DNA of 64,000 bases, taken from assembly GCA_964252035.1 (NCBI GenBank), contig OZ176209.1; one strand, 5' to 3'. This document shows, piece after piece, positions 23,257 to 34,860 of the stretch. Made by a program: the position numbers and the translations under genes. The notes beneath the pieces were generated by a model. It saw only the letters and a program-made list of their open reading frames with translations. It was not told the origin of the DNA and did no database searches. The stretch's first letter is position 1; every line of letters begins with the position of its first letter. The DNA is from Podarcis erhardii. Taxonomy: Eukaryota.

Positions 23257-25548
23257 GTGATCATAACCACATCTTGCAGTCCAAGAAATTCCAGACTATT
23301 ATTGTACTGTGTATTTTGGGTCTATGGAACGCAATAAAGCTGTGTGTGAGAGAGATAAGAAAAATATGTGCTGTGTGAAGTATTTCCTTTTGCCTGTCCT
23401 GAATCCACCAACATTCAGCTCTATTCACTTTCTGTACACTAGGCATAAGCAGACGTATCTGAAAATGTTGTAGTCACATTTGCTGTTGTGCCAAAGGAGA
23501 GGAGCCAAGATGGAAATGAAATGAAAATCTATTAGGCAAACCAAATCCAAATTGTATGCTGGGGTGCCACACAAGAATGGTTACCATGCCAGTTAGCCAA
23601 AATTAATTAATTCATGACTGTTGTGTCAGCCCAAAGTGCATGCCTATAGAGAAGGCTTTCCAATATGTTTCTGCGTGGTTACTACGCTGACATTGCCTCC
23701 AGTCCATCTCATCAGCCTCCGCAAATGCTAAGTAATTTGGATGCATTAGATGTGATTTGACCTGTCAATTGCATTTCTGCAACCCCTCCCTTAGGGGAGG
23801 CTGCCCATTGCAAGAGTCATGCTCTTCGCTTGCCATCTCACCTCAAGATATCTTCGTAATCAAGCCTGGTTATCAGTCCATGGGCTCAACACAGTTGTCC
23901 TTTTTCATAGTCCAAGTGCATGTGAATCTCTATCATAAGGCAAGTACTCACTCTTTCTCTGTCTTGCTCTCTCTCTCGTGATTCAGTCTATAGATTGGTC
24001 TCCAACAACTCCCTACTCTTCTCTGTCTCCTGTAATATTTTTTTTAGGCCAGCATAAATCTGTATCCTCTTTAATCTGCTTGATGTAGTTATTTCTAATC
24101 CTTGTTCTTGCTCTTTCTTCTCTGATCTGAGGACTGCCTCTGCCCCAGTGATGCCAAGCCAAATCTGGTTGGCTACATAGTTCCGTTAAGCCATCATATT
24201 CCCTTCACGATCCCTGACTGGTTGGGAACATCTAGTGAAGAAAGTGCTTTGAAATTTAAAGAACAGCACAGCAGTAGATGTGGGGAACAGGTTCCAAAAT
24301 ATATACACAATAATGCAAAGTAGATGTTTCTTGAACCCTTCTGCACCCTCAAAATGGCAAATTTCACATAAAAATAAACACCATGAAAATGCAGCTAACA
24401 AGTCCTGAATAGTTTAGCTTACTGTTGTTAATATAGGTTATCTGTGCAACTTAATAACTGCAAGGTCTGACAGAAATTTGATACAAATAACAAATGAACA
24501 ACCTCATATACACCAATATGAGAACAGAGCCTCTCTGCGTAACATAAAGGAAAGAGCGAGCTTCTGACTACTTGCTCTCCCTTTACCCTTATTGTCAAGA
24601 CTTACACTGCAAACTACAGGGCAGAGCCTTGTCTCTATTCCCCCCCCCCCCCACTTACACTGTTTTGCAAAGCAGCATCTACAGTGATGGTGCTATGTGC
24701 ATAAATAATAAATAAACAGACACCCAAAGCAAAGGGAGTGCAGTAACGATTATCAAATTAATGAATGCAATGTTTCATTTAGGCCTTTTCTTTTTAATGT
24801 GTTTTAACCCGGCTGGCTGCCTACCTGTCTTGCCATACAAAATTAACGCCTGGGGAGGAGAGTGGGGATTTCAGCATACCTCTAAAACGGAACACAGCCA
24901 ATTAGAACAAATTGGAAGCCTGTTCAGCCTCCATCTTTCTCTCACAGATGGATGTAATTCAGAACAGATTTTACATGCACAGGAAACCAGATTGCAACAT
25001 TTTTCTATGTAAGGCTTTTCAGGCTGAATACACAAACGCCTTATGAGTCTCATGAGGCAACGCTGATTTGCGACTGCAGCTACTGGCTCTGCCATGACGC
25101 TGTTTCACTGAGCACTAAACACCACCGTCCTTTAATGTGGCTCATCTTCCAAATACAGTGGCATTCACATAGTTCCCGTCACTGACCAACAATGGATCTG
25201 TGGTTCTGCTATAATTAATGCTCTTGCTGCTTTTGACACCCCTGAAAATATTAATGAGTTTAATAGAGCAATCCTATGCTTGTTTACTTGGATCTAAGTC
25301 TCACTGTGTTCAGTGGAGTTTACTCCTAGGCAAGTATGCACAGGATACAACGTCAGACAGACGTAGTAGGATGGGGAGACAATCTGTTTTGCCTAAACAG
25401 GAGACAAAAGTCAGGGCATGCCAAGGCACTATATTTAGAATCATGTCTCTGCCTTCAGTTACAGGGTTATTGTCCGTTGACTTAGGCATCTATATAGTTG
25501 CAGATTCAGGTAGGTAGACGTGTTGGTCTGATGCAGTCAAAATAACTT

Positions 25549-25697
25549 AAAAAATTGTCCAGTAGCACCTTAGAGACTAACTAAGTTTGTTCTTGGTATA
25601 AGCTTTCGTGTGCATGTATCTGAAGAAGTGTGCATGTACATGAAAGCTTATTTGGTCAAACTTAGTTGGTCTCTAAGGTACTACTGGTCAATTTTTT
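25549..25697. mobile_element. Penelope-like element remnant (tail-to-tail inverted pseudo-LTR) with hammerhead-like core
   Basis: ~70-bp inverted arms gtagcaccttagagactaactaagtttg..aagctttc / gaaagctt..caaacttagttggtctctaaggtactac; CTGAAGA (25620-25626) and GAAA (25642-25645). Confidence 0.78.
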
Positions 25698-25796
25698 TAT
25701 TATTTTTTTATATAGTTGCAATTATGGATAGCATAATTATGGACTTTCCATCCAAATGGCTTTTTGTTTTTCTCTGCATTGGCCTCATTTAGGATC

Positions 25797-25858
25797 AAGG
25801 GTGATGGGAGCTGGGATCCAACAGCATCTGGAAGGCACCACACTGACTACCCTTGCTT
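25797..25858. mobile_element. Half of hAT-type MITE
   Basis: agggtgatgggagctgggatccaacagcatctggaaggcacc. Confidence 0.5.
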
Positions 25859-27245
25859 AGAGCATTGCAATATGAATCATGTTTTGAACTTGTGTCCTTG
25901 AGCTCCATTGGCAGAAGCTTGCCTAGTCAGGACATTCCATAGGAGAGGCAATGGAAAGGATCCTTCTTCAGGACTCTTAACAGTAAGAAAGGCTACAGTG
26001 TTGACCCATCATGCTAGGTTGCAAGCAAACGATATTCTGATTGGCCCAATGTTATTTTATCTTATTCATTTATGGAGGTATCCAATGAAGTAGATCTGTT
26101 AGTGCAAGGATGTCCACTTGCACAATGGCACTTCTACTCCCTGTCCTGTGCTGTCCCCAAATCTGCTCCAGAAAAAATATAGGAGGCTCGCAGGAAGTAG
26201 AGAGGAGAAGTTCTGTTGCATAGCCAAAAGTCCTTGTGATAATGGAACTACTTTGTTGGATACTGCCCTCAAGAAAGTGGAAATTCTGGAGACTGATGCC
26301 GTGCAAGTAATTATGAGGGTGGCAGTTGAGTCCATGATTCGTTTTACTCGTTTGTAATAAGTATTTTACAAAAACACAACTTAGGGGAGCCCTGCTCCTC
26401 CCTCTGAAAGTGCATGCGGACAACATAGAGCAATTATTTCTCAACCAAGAAAAGGGTGCTTCCTTAACTGTTTTGCCACTGCTCATTCATTAAGAGTTTC
26501 ATCTTGCTGTGTGCAGTCACCTTGGTGGAATCACTGCTCACAAGTTAACAGTCTCATTACACAGAAAAGGTTTCATTTCCCCACCTCCAGCAACATAATA
26601 ACAGATATAAAATAGCACAAGAGTGGAAAATCTTCACAACTTCATCCAGTCCTTTAGCAGTGACTCATTCCTCAGATCGGTTCTCCCTAGTGACCTGCTC
26701 TTTCGGTCTGACATTCGTCTGCTGAAATAAAAAGGGGGTTACACAAAATCTGGCGAGCACGGGAGACCTGCTGGATCTGCCAGGCACTGATTTGCTATGT
26801 GTGCCTCTTTGGCTGCCAGTGCAACTTAATTAGTGCTCACCATCACCACCACCCCACAGACAAAAAAAGTTAGCATTTTGTTTCCCTTGGCAACCCAGAT
26901 TCACAGAGTTTCAGTGGTGTCACAACAAGCTCTCTTATGTGCTGTGAGTATGCAGTTTCTGTATATGCCAACTTTTTCCTGTTTCTTCAGCACTTTGTGA
27001 GCAAGGTGTGTGAGAGTAATGAGTTGTAGGAATTGTCGGGATCAAGACTGTAACAGGGATTGGCAAGGTCCAGGCATTGGTTGAATGGGTTAACAGCTCA
27101 AAGGGGCAAACCAACTGTCACCAGAGTTCAACATGGGGTGTACAGTCCCCTCCAAGGGAAGCTGGGAACATGAAGCATGGATGGATATCATAAGGACCAC
27201 TATATGAACCTGCCCAAGTCCTGAAACTGGCATTGGAGACTCTAG

Positions 27246-27515
27246 CAGGGCCGGCCCACCCATGAAGCAAGGTGAGGTGATTGCCTTGGGTGGCAAAATC
27301 CACAGGGGCAGCAGATCCAGCCTCCAAGGAATGCTTCGCCCCGCTGCTGCTGCCCCTGCCACAGCGGAAGCAACAGCTGTGGTGAGCTCCTTGGAGACCG
27401 GATCTGCTGCCTCCTTGGGATCCCCCTCCTTGGCATCTGCCTCTTGGTGGATAGGAGACCTGGCAGGAGGACACCATTTTGTGGCTCACCTCAAGTGCTG
27501 TGTGGGCAGGGCCTG
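27246..27515 (+). mobile_element. Non-autonomous hAT (Tip100-like) element
   Basis: Termini cagggccggcccac / gtgggcagggcctg; related to 46501-46869 in opposite orientation. Confidence 0.65.
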
Positions 27516-27549
27516 CTCTCTGCTCTGTCTCTATTGGACAGTGTGGAAC

Positions 27550-28030
27550 AGAACAAGTCTATTTCTCTTACTCAATGTCTCAATGGCTTTGGATACCACT
27601 TACCTTGATATCCACCTGGAGTGACTGTTCAGGAGGCACTTTATTACAGTGGGCACTATTTGTGCAGGCAAGTCCAGACAGCAGCACTGGGGGAGTGCTC
27701 TTTAGCCCCCTGGCACTTGTGCCATGGAGTTCCATGGGGCACATTTTGTCCCCAGTTTTACTTAACATTTGCATGAAGCCATTGAGAAGAGTCATTGGGT
27801 GTTTCAGAGCATAGTGTTATCAATTTGCTGGTGATACACATCTCTGTTTCTCCATAACATTTGAATCAGGAGTGGCTGTGCAAGCCCTGGACCAGAGCCT
27901 GGATAAACTGATCTTGAATGTGGAAAGATAGAGGCTCGGTGGACAAGAGGCTCCCATATCCAGAAGATAGACAATTGCTTGTTCTGGGCATGGTCACACT
28001 CCCTTTAAAGGAGCAGGCACATAACTTGGG
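27550..28030 (+). mobile_element. Degraded LINE2 RT fragment
   Basis: Decayed equivalents of LLDLSAAFDT, GVPQGSILSPVLFNIYMKPL, YADDT, KLNPDKTE and LGVLLD in order. Confidence 0.75.
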
Positions 28031-28680
28031 GTACTGCTTGATAAGCCTTTGTCATTAGAGGCTCATGGTACCTCTGGGTCTAAGATATCTTTTACCAGTT
28101 TTATCTGTAACATGGGATACAGGGAAGTGAGTGACACACAGGTCGAGAGCTGGCAAACAAACACAGGCTGGCATCAATACAGCAAAAGGAGAACCAGAGA
28201 AGCAAGACAAGGTGAAGATCTAGGTACAAATATGTATATACCAGGTCAGATTAGGTCATGGAGCACCAATGACCTATGTTTGATCGAAGGGAGAATATTA
28301 TTTCTCCCCTAGATTCTGCAACCACCGAAGCCCCCAGTGTGTGGATAAGAAGCTTCCAGCCTTGCTTACTCTGGCAGTGCTATGTTGCTAAGGTAAAGCT
28401 GACTACAAACCATTTATAGGAACCAATCAGAGCACTCAGAGGTAGAGTTAGCTGAGAAGCTTCTTCAGAGAATACTGTCTTCTGCAAGCCATGCCTTGCA
28501 GTACAGTATATGAATTCTTGTCTATGGACCCAGGATTCTGGTTTTTAAGCTACCTCATACTGACACAATGATACTACTTGTAAATTGTATTTCTTTCCAT
28601 GGCTGTCCCTCACTGTCAGGACAAGTATCCACAGTGGGTCCTGAACCTGGGGTGCCAGGCATCAATTCAGCCTAGAAATA

Positions 28681-28862
28681 TAGGAATGTGTCTAATATCA
28701 AGTCAGACCATAGGTCCATCTAGCTTAGTACTGTCTACACTGACTGGCAGTGGCTTCCCAGGGTTTCAGTCAGTGATCTTTCCCAGCCCGTGGCTACTGA
28801 TGTCTGAGATTGAACCTGGGACCTTTTGCGTGCAAAGCATGTGCTCTGCCACTGAGCTATGA
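28681..28862 (-). mobile_element. Squam2-type tRNA-derived SINE
   Basis: Minus strand catagctcagtggcagagcacatgctttgcacgcaaaaggtcccaggttcaatc...cagtcagtgtagacagtactaagctagatggacc. Confidence 0.82.
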
Positions 28863-30124
28863 CAGTAAGACCACATAGAGAAACAAAGACCCCTGTTAAC
28901 AACAATAGGGCACAGCTGGTCATGCAATATTTCCTGGCTCCTATAAAAGCTTTGAAATCAAGATGGCTCAGTAACTGAGTAAGGGCCTATGCTGATGTAT
29001 TTCCAGAGGAAGCTGTGTGCCTCAAAAAATGATAGCAGCAATTACGTAGTAGGTTTTTAAGCTTCTGTAAGCACAGAAGAGCACGCACATTGACTGTGAT
29101 AACATAAAACAATAATAATGAAATTAACAAGCTGTCTAGATCAATGAATGCCGAGACACAAATTGACTGAGAACACTAAATATTGAATAGTAAATGAGAA
29201 AGAGTAGGATATGGAAGACTGGCCCTAGACCAAGTGCTGTCCTAGGCAGAGAGAATTTTACAATTCTGAAAACGTTCAACTTTTGAAAACCAAGTTTTTG
29301 GTTGCATTTTAGCTCTTTTCATGACTTTGATGCATAATTTGCATGCATGACTGATCTCCTGTCAAACAAATATAATAAATTTGAATGCTGGATCGTGATC
29401 ACTCACATGCACACGTTGAATCGGCTCTGGTGTTGCAAATTTTTCCATGAATTTAAAACAAAAGCAAACAAAACCTAAACATTAGCACAATGCTGGTTGT
29501 GCAGATCCATGTTGCCAGGTTTACAAGTTAAGAGGGTTTCTTTTATTTTAGCTGCTGAGCCAAGCGCCTCCCCCACCAAAAAATGGTCACAGAGGGGAGA
29601 TAGCAAAGCAAGTGGAATAAACTGCTCCATCTTGTCACTTTGTCACTGCTTGCATGCTCTGAAAGGGTAGGTGAACAGCCAGCAACAAGCAGGAGGAGAA
29701 GGAAGCCAAGAGGCTTAACACTGCTCCCCCCACCATACAGGAGTGTAGGCCTTGGCAAGTACCCAACGATGCCTGCTCCTGACAACACCCCCAAATGTGG
29801 GCTAAAAGTGGTTTGAGAATGGGCATCTCTGTGCAAGCAGGTTACTGCTGTTTTGATACGGAACTGTTATTTTGGTTGTACCATTTCAACAGTAGATCTT
29901 TGGCCTCTGCCCAATAAAATCTGAGTGCTTGCTCCCATCTTCCTCCTCCTCCGCTTCTCAGCATTGAGGAACAGAAGACTTGGGAGAAAGAACAGAGGTT
30001 GGGGTTCCTTCCATCCAATCTGCTTCTTCCTTCTTCCCCAGGGCTGAATGGCTGACCAGCAGCCTTAATATGCAAAGCAGGGGCATGATGTTCTATCCAT
30101 CTAGGCATGCTAGGGAACTGGGAA

Positions 30125-30590
30125 GTCTTTATTATTATTACTATTTATTTATTTCAAAAAAAATGATTGTAAAAAAAAACCCCTCAAAGCAGCTTACAAA
30201 AGTTAAAACATTAAAATCAAGAAAAAATCACAACCATACTTAAAAATATGCAAGAGATAAAATACTACAACAGATTAAAACTACCCCAACTTTCTCAGCA
30301 TCTGGGTAGGCTTGTCTAAACAATAATGTTTTTAGCAGGTGCCAGAAGGAGTACAGTGAAGGAGCTTGCTTGATCTCAATAAGCAGGGAGTTCCAAAGTG
30401 TAGGTGCTGCCACTCAATGATCAAGTTTTACAAATGCAGAACAGGTATCACATAGCATGGTAGTAGTGCCAATACTGCTGATCAAAGCAGTCAAGTGAGC
30501 ACATGTGGGGTAACGCAATTTCATAGGCAAGATGGTCCCAAGTTGTTAAGGGCTTTATATGCCAATAGCAACACCTTGGATTTGGCCAAG
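30125..30590 (-). mobile_element. Degraded LINE2 3' fragment
   Basis: (TTA/TTTA) tail, cagcttaca, gggagttccaaagtgtaggtgctgccac motif typical of L2 3' regions. Confidence 0.6.
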
Positions 30591-31249
30591 AAGTCTTACA
30601 TAGAGAAAATCACAGCCATTTCCCACTTTAAGTAAATTATTTAACTAAATAAGTAATTCCAGTAATATCCAGGACATCTGCACTAATATTGCAGGTTTTC
30701 TTGGCATTTGCTTTCAATATGCATTTTAATTTTACAGAGTAAGTGCCAAGAGTGCTTGATAGGCATGAAGAAGGGGGGAGCACAGGGGAATGAGGGGAAA
30801 GAAGAGTATCTCATCTGCCCATTTAGGGTAATGAACGCACACTTAATGCTTTCATGTGTCATCTCAGGTCAGGCTGCTATGGCTATGAGCATAAGATGGA
30901 TAAACACAGCAATAAAGTAGATGCAAACATACGTGAAGATGGCAGACGTAGCTCTGGCTTTGAGCTCTGTATATAATGTTCAGATGGGAAGGAAGGGAAT
31001 ATGCTAAATGCAGACTGTCTCCACTCCCAGGGGGGATCTAATGATACTTGCTTTAAAAAAAAAGCCACATGCCCTCTGATGAGTGCAAGACCAGGACAGC
31101 AGGTAGAACCAAACAAACAGCAAGGGGAAGAGGGTAAGGACAGAGAAAAACGTATCTGGCCTCTAATCCTCCCATCCCTACCAGCCTTTTTTCTGAGGGT
31201 TCATATGGGTCTTTCCACTTACTTTGCCAACTGCCATCTTGCTGCACCC

Positions 31250-31345
31250 TAAGTCCTATCCTCCCTGGTCATTTCCCATGCTTGTTAGGGCTGACAGGAA
31301 TTGTAGTTCAGTAGCATCTGGAAGGCCAAAGGTTCCCCACATCTA
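31250..31345. mobile_element. Right half of hAT-type MITE
   Basis: gctgacaggaattgtagttcagtagcatctggaaggccaaaggttcccca. Confidence 0.6.
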
Positions 31346-31812
31346 GGCCAAGATGCTGCTACAGCATAAAATCCCTACTCTGCTTGCCTACCCTTCCCAA
31401 AATAAATCATTTCGTATTGATAGTGAGAGTGCATAGCAAATGCAGAATCATTCAACATCCAGCATCACTAACAAGAGAAGCAAACTGATAGTGTTGCTTA
31501 GCAGTGTGACATACCCTACAACATCCCTGAAATGAAAATAGGGACATATTCTACATTCCCCCACTCACCGCTTTCATTATGAGAGACTGACTGACTGGGG
31601 AGTGGGGGAACAGTGAAAAACTTTCTTAGGGGCATTCAAGCAACTCAGATCTTGTTTTCATAAAAACAGGAAGTAACACCGTTTTAAGTGGGGGAGCGGG
31701 AGAGGAAGGCATATATCTAAGCAATGTATTAGAGGGATGCATGAATCTGAACTTCCAGTAACACGTTGAAACGCTGTACTGAAGGGAAGGCCCCTTGGGA
31801 ATTAGGGACTCT

Positions 31813-31880
31813 GTGTGAAAAAGTGAGAAGCCATGATAGCTTAAGGGTGTGGAAAAGTGAGAAGCCATGATAGCTTAAGG
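31813..31880. repeat. 34-bp tandem duplication (2 copies, 1 mismatch)
   Basis: gtgtg(a/g)aaaagtgagaagccatgatagcttaagg at 31813-31846 and 31847-31880. Confidence 0.95.
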
Positions 31881-34249
31881 GTTTCCGTGATGATTCCGGT
31901 ATTTTCAGGGCAGTTGGAAGGTATGGTGTGAGCATTAACCAATGTCCAAGACTTGGGTGGAGGAGGTTAAAAGCATTCTCTGCACATGTGTAGGAACTAT
32001 TCTCAGCTGGAGAACTTCCAGACCACAGTACTTGTCTTGCATTTGATGATAGCATTAGAAGCTGTCAGGGTGAAATTTCCAAGCCAAGAAACTAGAAACT
32101 CAGTGACATATTTAACCAGGAATAATACTGTACAAGACTAGAATTTAAAGAAGCACATTCTGTTCACAAGCTCCCTGATAGTCAAGACACATTCTTTGAT
32201 AGTATCGTACAATTCAATTTGGAAAGTAAAGGGCCTTTATTTTTTGTTATGCTTCCTTCTATCTTGAAAATAGTCTACAACTTGTGTACAAGTTGAGTTA
32301 TAGAGTAGAAAGGTCATCAAGCACATGTAAAAAATTCCTAGAATTCAAAGTTTTGAAACCGTAATATTAGAATATTAACAAATTGTGATTAAAGAGCTTC
32401 CTGCGGAATGGACTTCTCCTAAGGTATGAAAAAATCAGGCAGCATTTTATACAGAGGTTTGCAATTCTCCAGCTGTTTTTGCTTCAAATACTAGTAAAAA
32501 GAAGCATTAAAAGAACTATCTGGAATGAAAGGATGGGAACACTAGACTCTGCTCACTGTTGCTAGGCACCAAGTGATGTGCAGAGGCCTGCGATGAGCCA
32601 GGCTTGAAGGGAGATGCATATATTTGTCCTAATGAACACAGAATCTCATTAAAATCAAGAGACGGGTTGAACTATTAAGACAGCTTTGTCCAAGTTGTTC
32701 AAAATGCAATGTGAGCTTTGGATTCCTCCCCTTTTGAGGGGTCACTAGAATTTAATCTTGTCTCAGTTTCATTATCTGCAGATGTCCCTTTTCAGGATAA
32801 TGCACTGCCACTTTTTAACACAATAGGCTCCCTTGTCACAGTTATGCGGCATAGAAGTTGCCTAAAGCAGCTCAGTGGTGGTTCAAATAAAATGGTTTGT
32901 GTCTGTGTGTGGGTACCATTTGGCAAAGTGTCAAACTCTGGTTAAAGGACATTTAGCTACCAGCAGATTTGGAGAGGCTCTCTCCCACTGGACAATTGCT
33001 ATGTAATTTATTTCAAGTAGCACTTTATTAAGGTACATGCTCCTGTTTTCTTAATTGCTTTGCAACTGTGTTGTTCAGGAGGAGACAGGACTTTGCGCCA
33101 TGATGAGTGACTGGAAGCACTAGCATCTTGTCTACGGAATGTGGGCCTGGAGAGCATACATAGACTCATCCATATTGCTGCAGCCAAATTAACAGAGACT
33201 ATCATCATACTGAATTTCTGGACTTGAAACAAGATAAATATGTTTGTGCATGTGCAATTGAATCTCAGAATAAGCAAATAGGCTCTAGTCTTTGACTAAA
33301 TTTTGAAGTCTCCAGCCTGATATTCCTCTGAATTGTTGGTATTTTGTGTATGTTTCATATATCACTGTACTCTGAATGGTTAAAAAAGAAACATTTATAA
33401 CGTCAACTTTTTTTTTCTTTACCACAGCTAAATGCTTCCATTATTGATCCTGATGATTGCAGCGCATAGAGTATTTAGCCACTAAATCATGCAAAAGGTG
33501 TTCCCTCTTATGTTGGCATCAACTACAAGCTGTCTGCATTCAGCCAATTAATTTTACCTAGCATTGGCGGAAGTGTGCCAGATCTTCCAAGGAGAAAGAT
33601 GTGCTCATGTCCCTTCTCTGCCAGCTATACAGCTCTTCCAAATGACTCCTTGTGCATGAAGAAAAGACAGAGGAGTCTCTCTGCCCTGATCCACTGCTCT
33701 GACAGAACAGAAAGTCTTTGGGACAATGACTCACCAGTGTTGGGAGGTGACTTATTGGTTTTTTGATCTACTTTGAATCACTCTTCTGCCTGTTTGAGGC
33801 TTCCCATTCTGGCCCCTCCTCATTTTATTTTTTTTATCAGCATTGTGTAATGCAAATTAAGCAGTAGCATTGCAGCACTGTTTTCTCTGCTATGATTTTT
33901 GTGTATCTTCCTTTCTAAATAAGTGCATCCAAGGCTCCAATGTGCATCAAATGGGGCCTATGGGATTCCTTCTGTACATCACAGCATCAGTTTTGTTCAT
34001 CCATTCTGCACTTAGAGTAAGATAGTTTCCATCTTCATTTAGGTTAGGGCTGAGATCAATGTATACTTGTGATTGGAGTAAGACAAGGGACAGGCAATGA
34101 AGGGTGGGAGTTGAGCAAACATGAAAGTTTTCCACACTGAAGGTCCTGGTTTTCCTGGCCATGGTTCACAACCAGCATGCCCAGGAACAAGAGAAAATTC
34201 TGGCCATCCATGCAATAACAACAAGCTGAAAATGTCCTAATGTGTCCCT

Positions 34250-34358
34250 GGTAGGTTTCCCCAGCCACTCTGGGCAGCTCCCAACCGAATATTAAAAACA
34301 CAATACAGCATTAAACATTAAAAACTTCCCTAAACAGGGCTGCCTTCAGATGTCTTCA
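34250..34358 (-). mobile_element. LINE2 3' end fragment (lacertid-type)
   Basis: ggtttccccagccactctgggcagct...aacttccctaaacagggctgccttcagatgtcttc. Confidence 0.7.
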
Positions 34359-34631
34359 TCTGATGTTATCATTCAGATGTTATCTTAACTTGTGCACTGC
34401 CTTGAGACAGACTATAATAGGTGGACTATAAAGATTTTTTTATAAAACAGTGGATAGGGTATCCCTACCTGGAGCATTCTACTAAGGGTGGAATTCATAA
34501 CAGTGTGGAAGTTCCCTTGGAAGCTTGGGAAAGCAAACACCCCAGTGCTCCCCAAGCCCAATCCCACATCCAGCCCAATCAGGAGCAGAGGCAGAAGGCT
34601 GTCTAAGCCACTGGTCTTAAACTGGTGGGTT

Positions 34632-34860
34632 GGGACTCACTAGTGCAAGTAGATATATATAGATATCTGGCAGGAAGGTAAACGGCGTTTCCATGCGCTG
34701 CTCTGGTTGCGCCAGAAGCGGCTTAGTCATGCTGGCCACATGACCCAGAAAAACTGTAGACAAACATCAGCTACCACAGCCATTAAAGCGAGATGAGCGG
34801 CGCAACCCCAGAGTCGTTCATGACTGGACTTAACTGTCAGGGGTCCTTTACCTTTTTTTT
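34632..34860 (+). mobile_element. Partial Sauria SINE (Squam1)
   Basis: gtgcaagtagata..ggaaggtaaacggcgtttcc..cagaagcggcttagtcatgctggccacatgaccc..gagatgagcggcgcaaccccagagtc..gactggac..ggggtcctttaccttt. Confidence 0.92.

Noticed and set aside
31620-32090. Possible transposase or LTR-element coding remnant (ORFs 31626-31868, 31729-32055)
   Set aside because: The translations I checked showed no recognisable motif.
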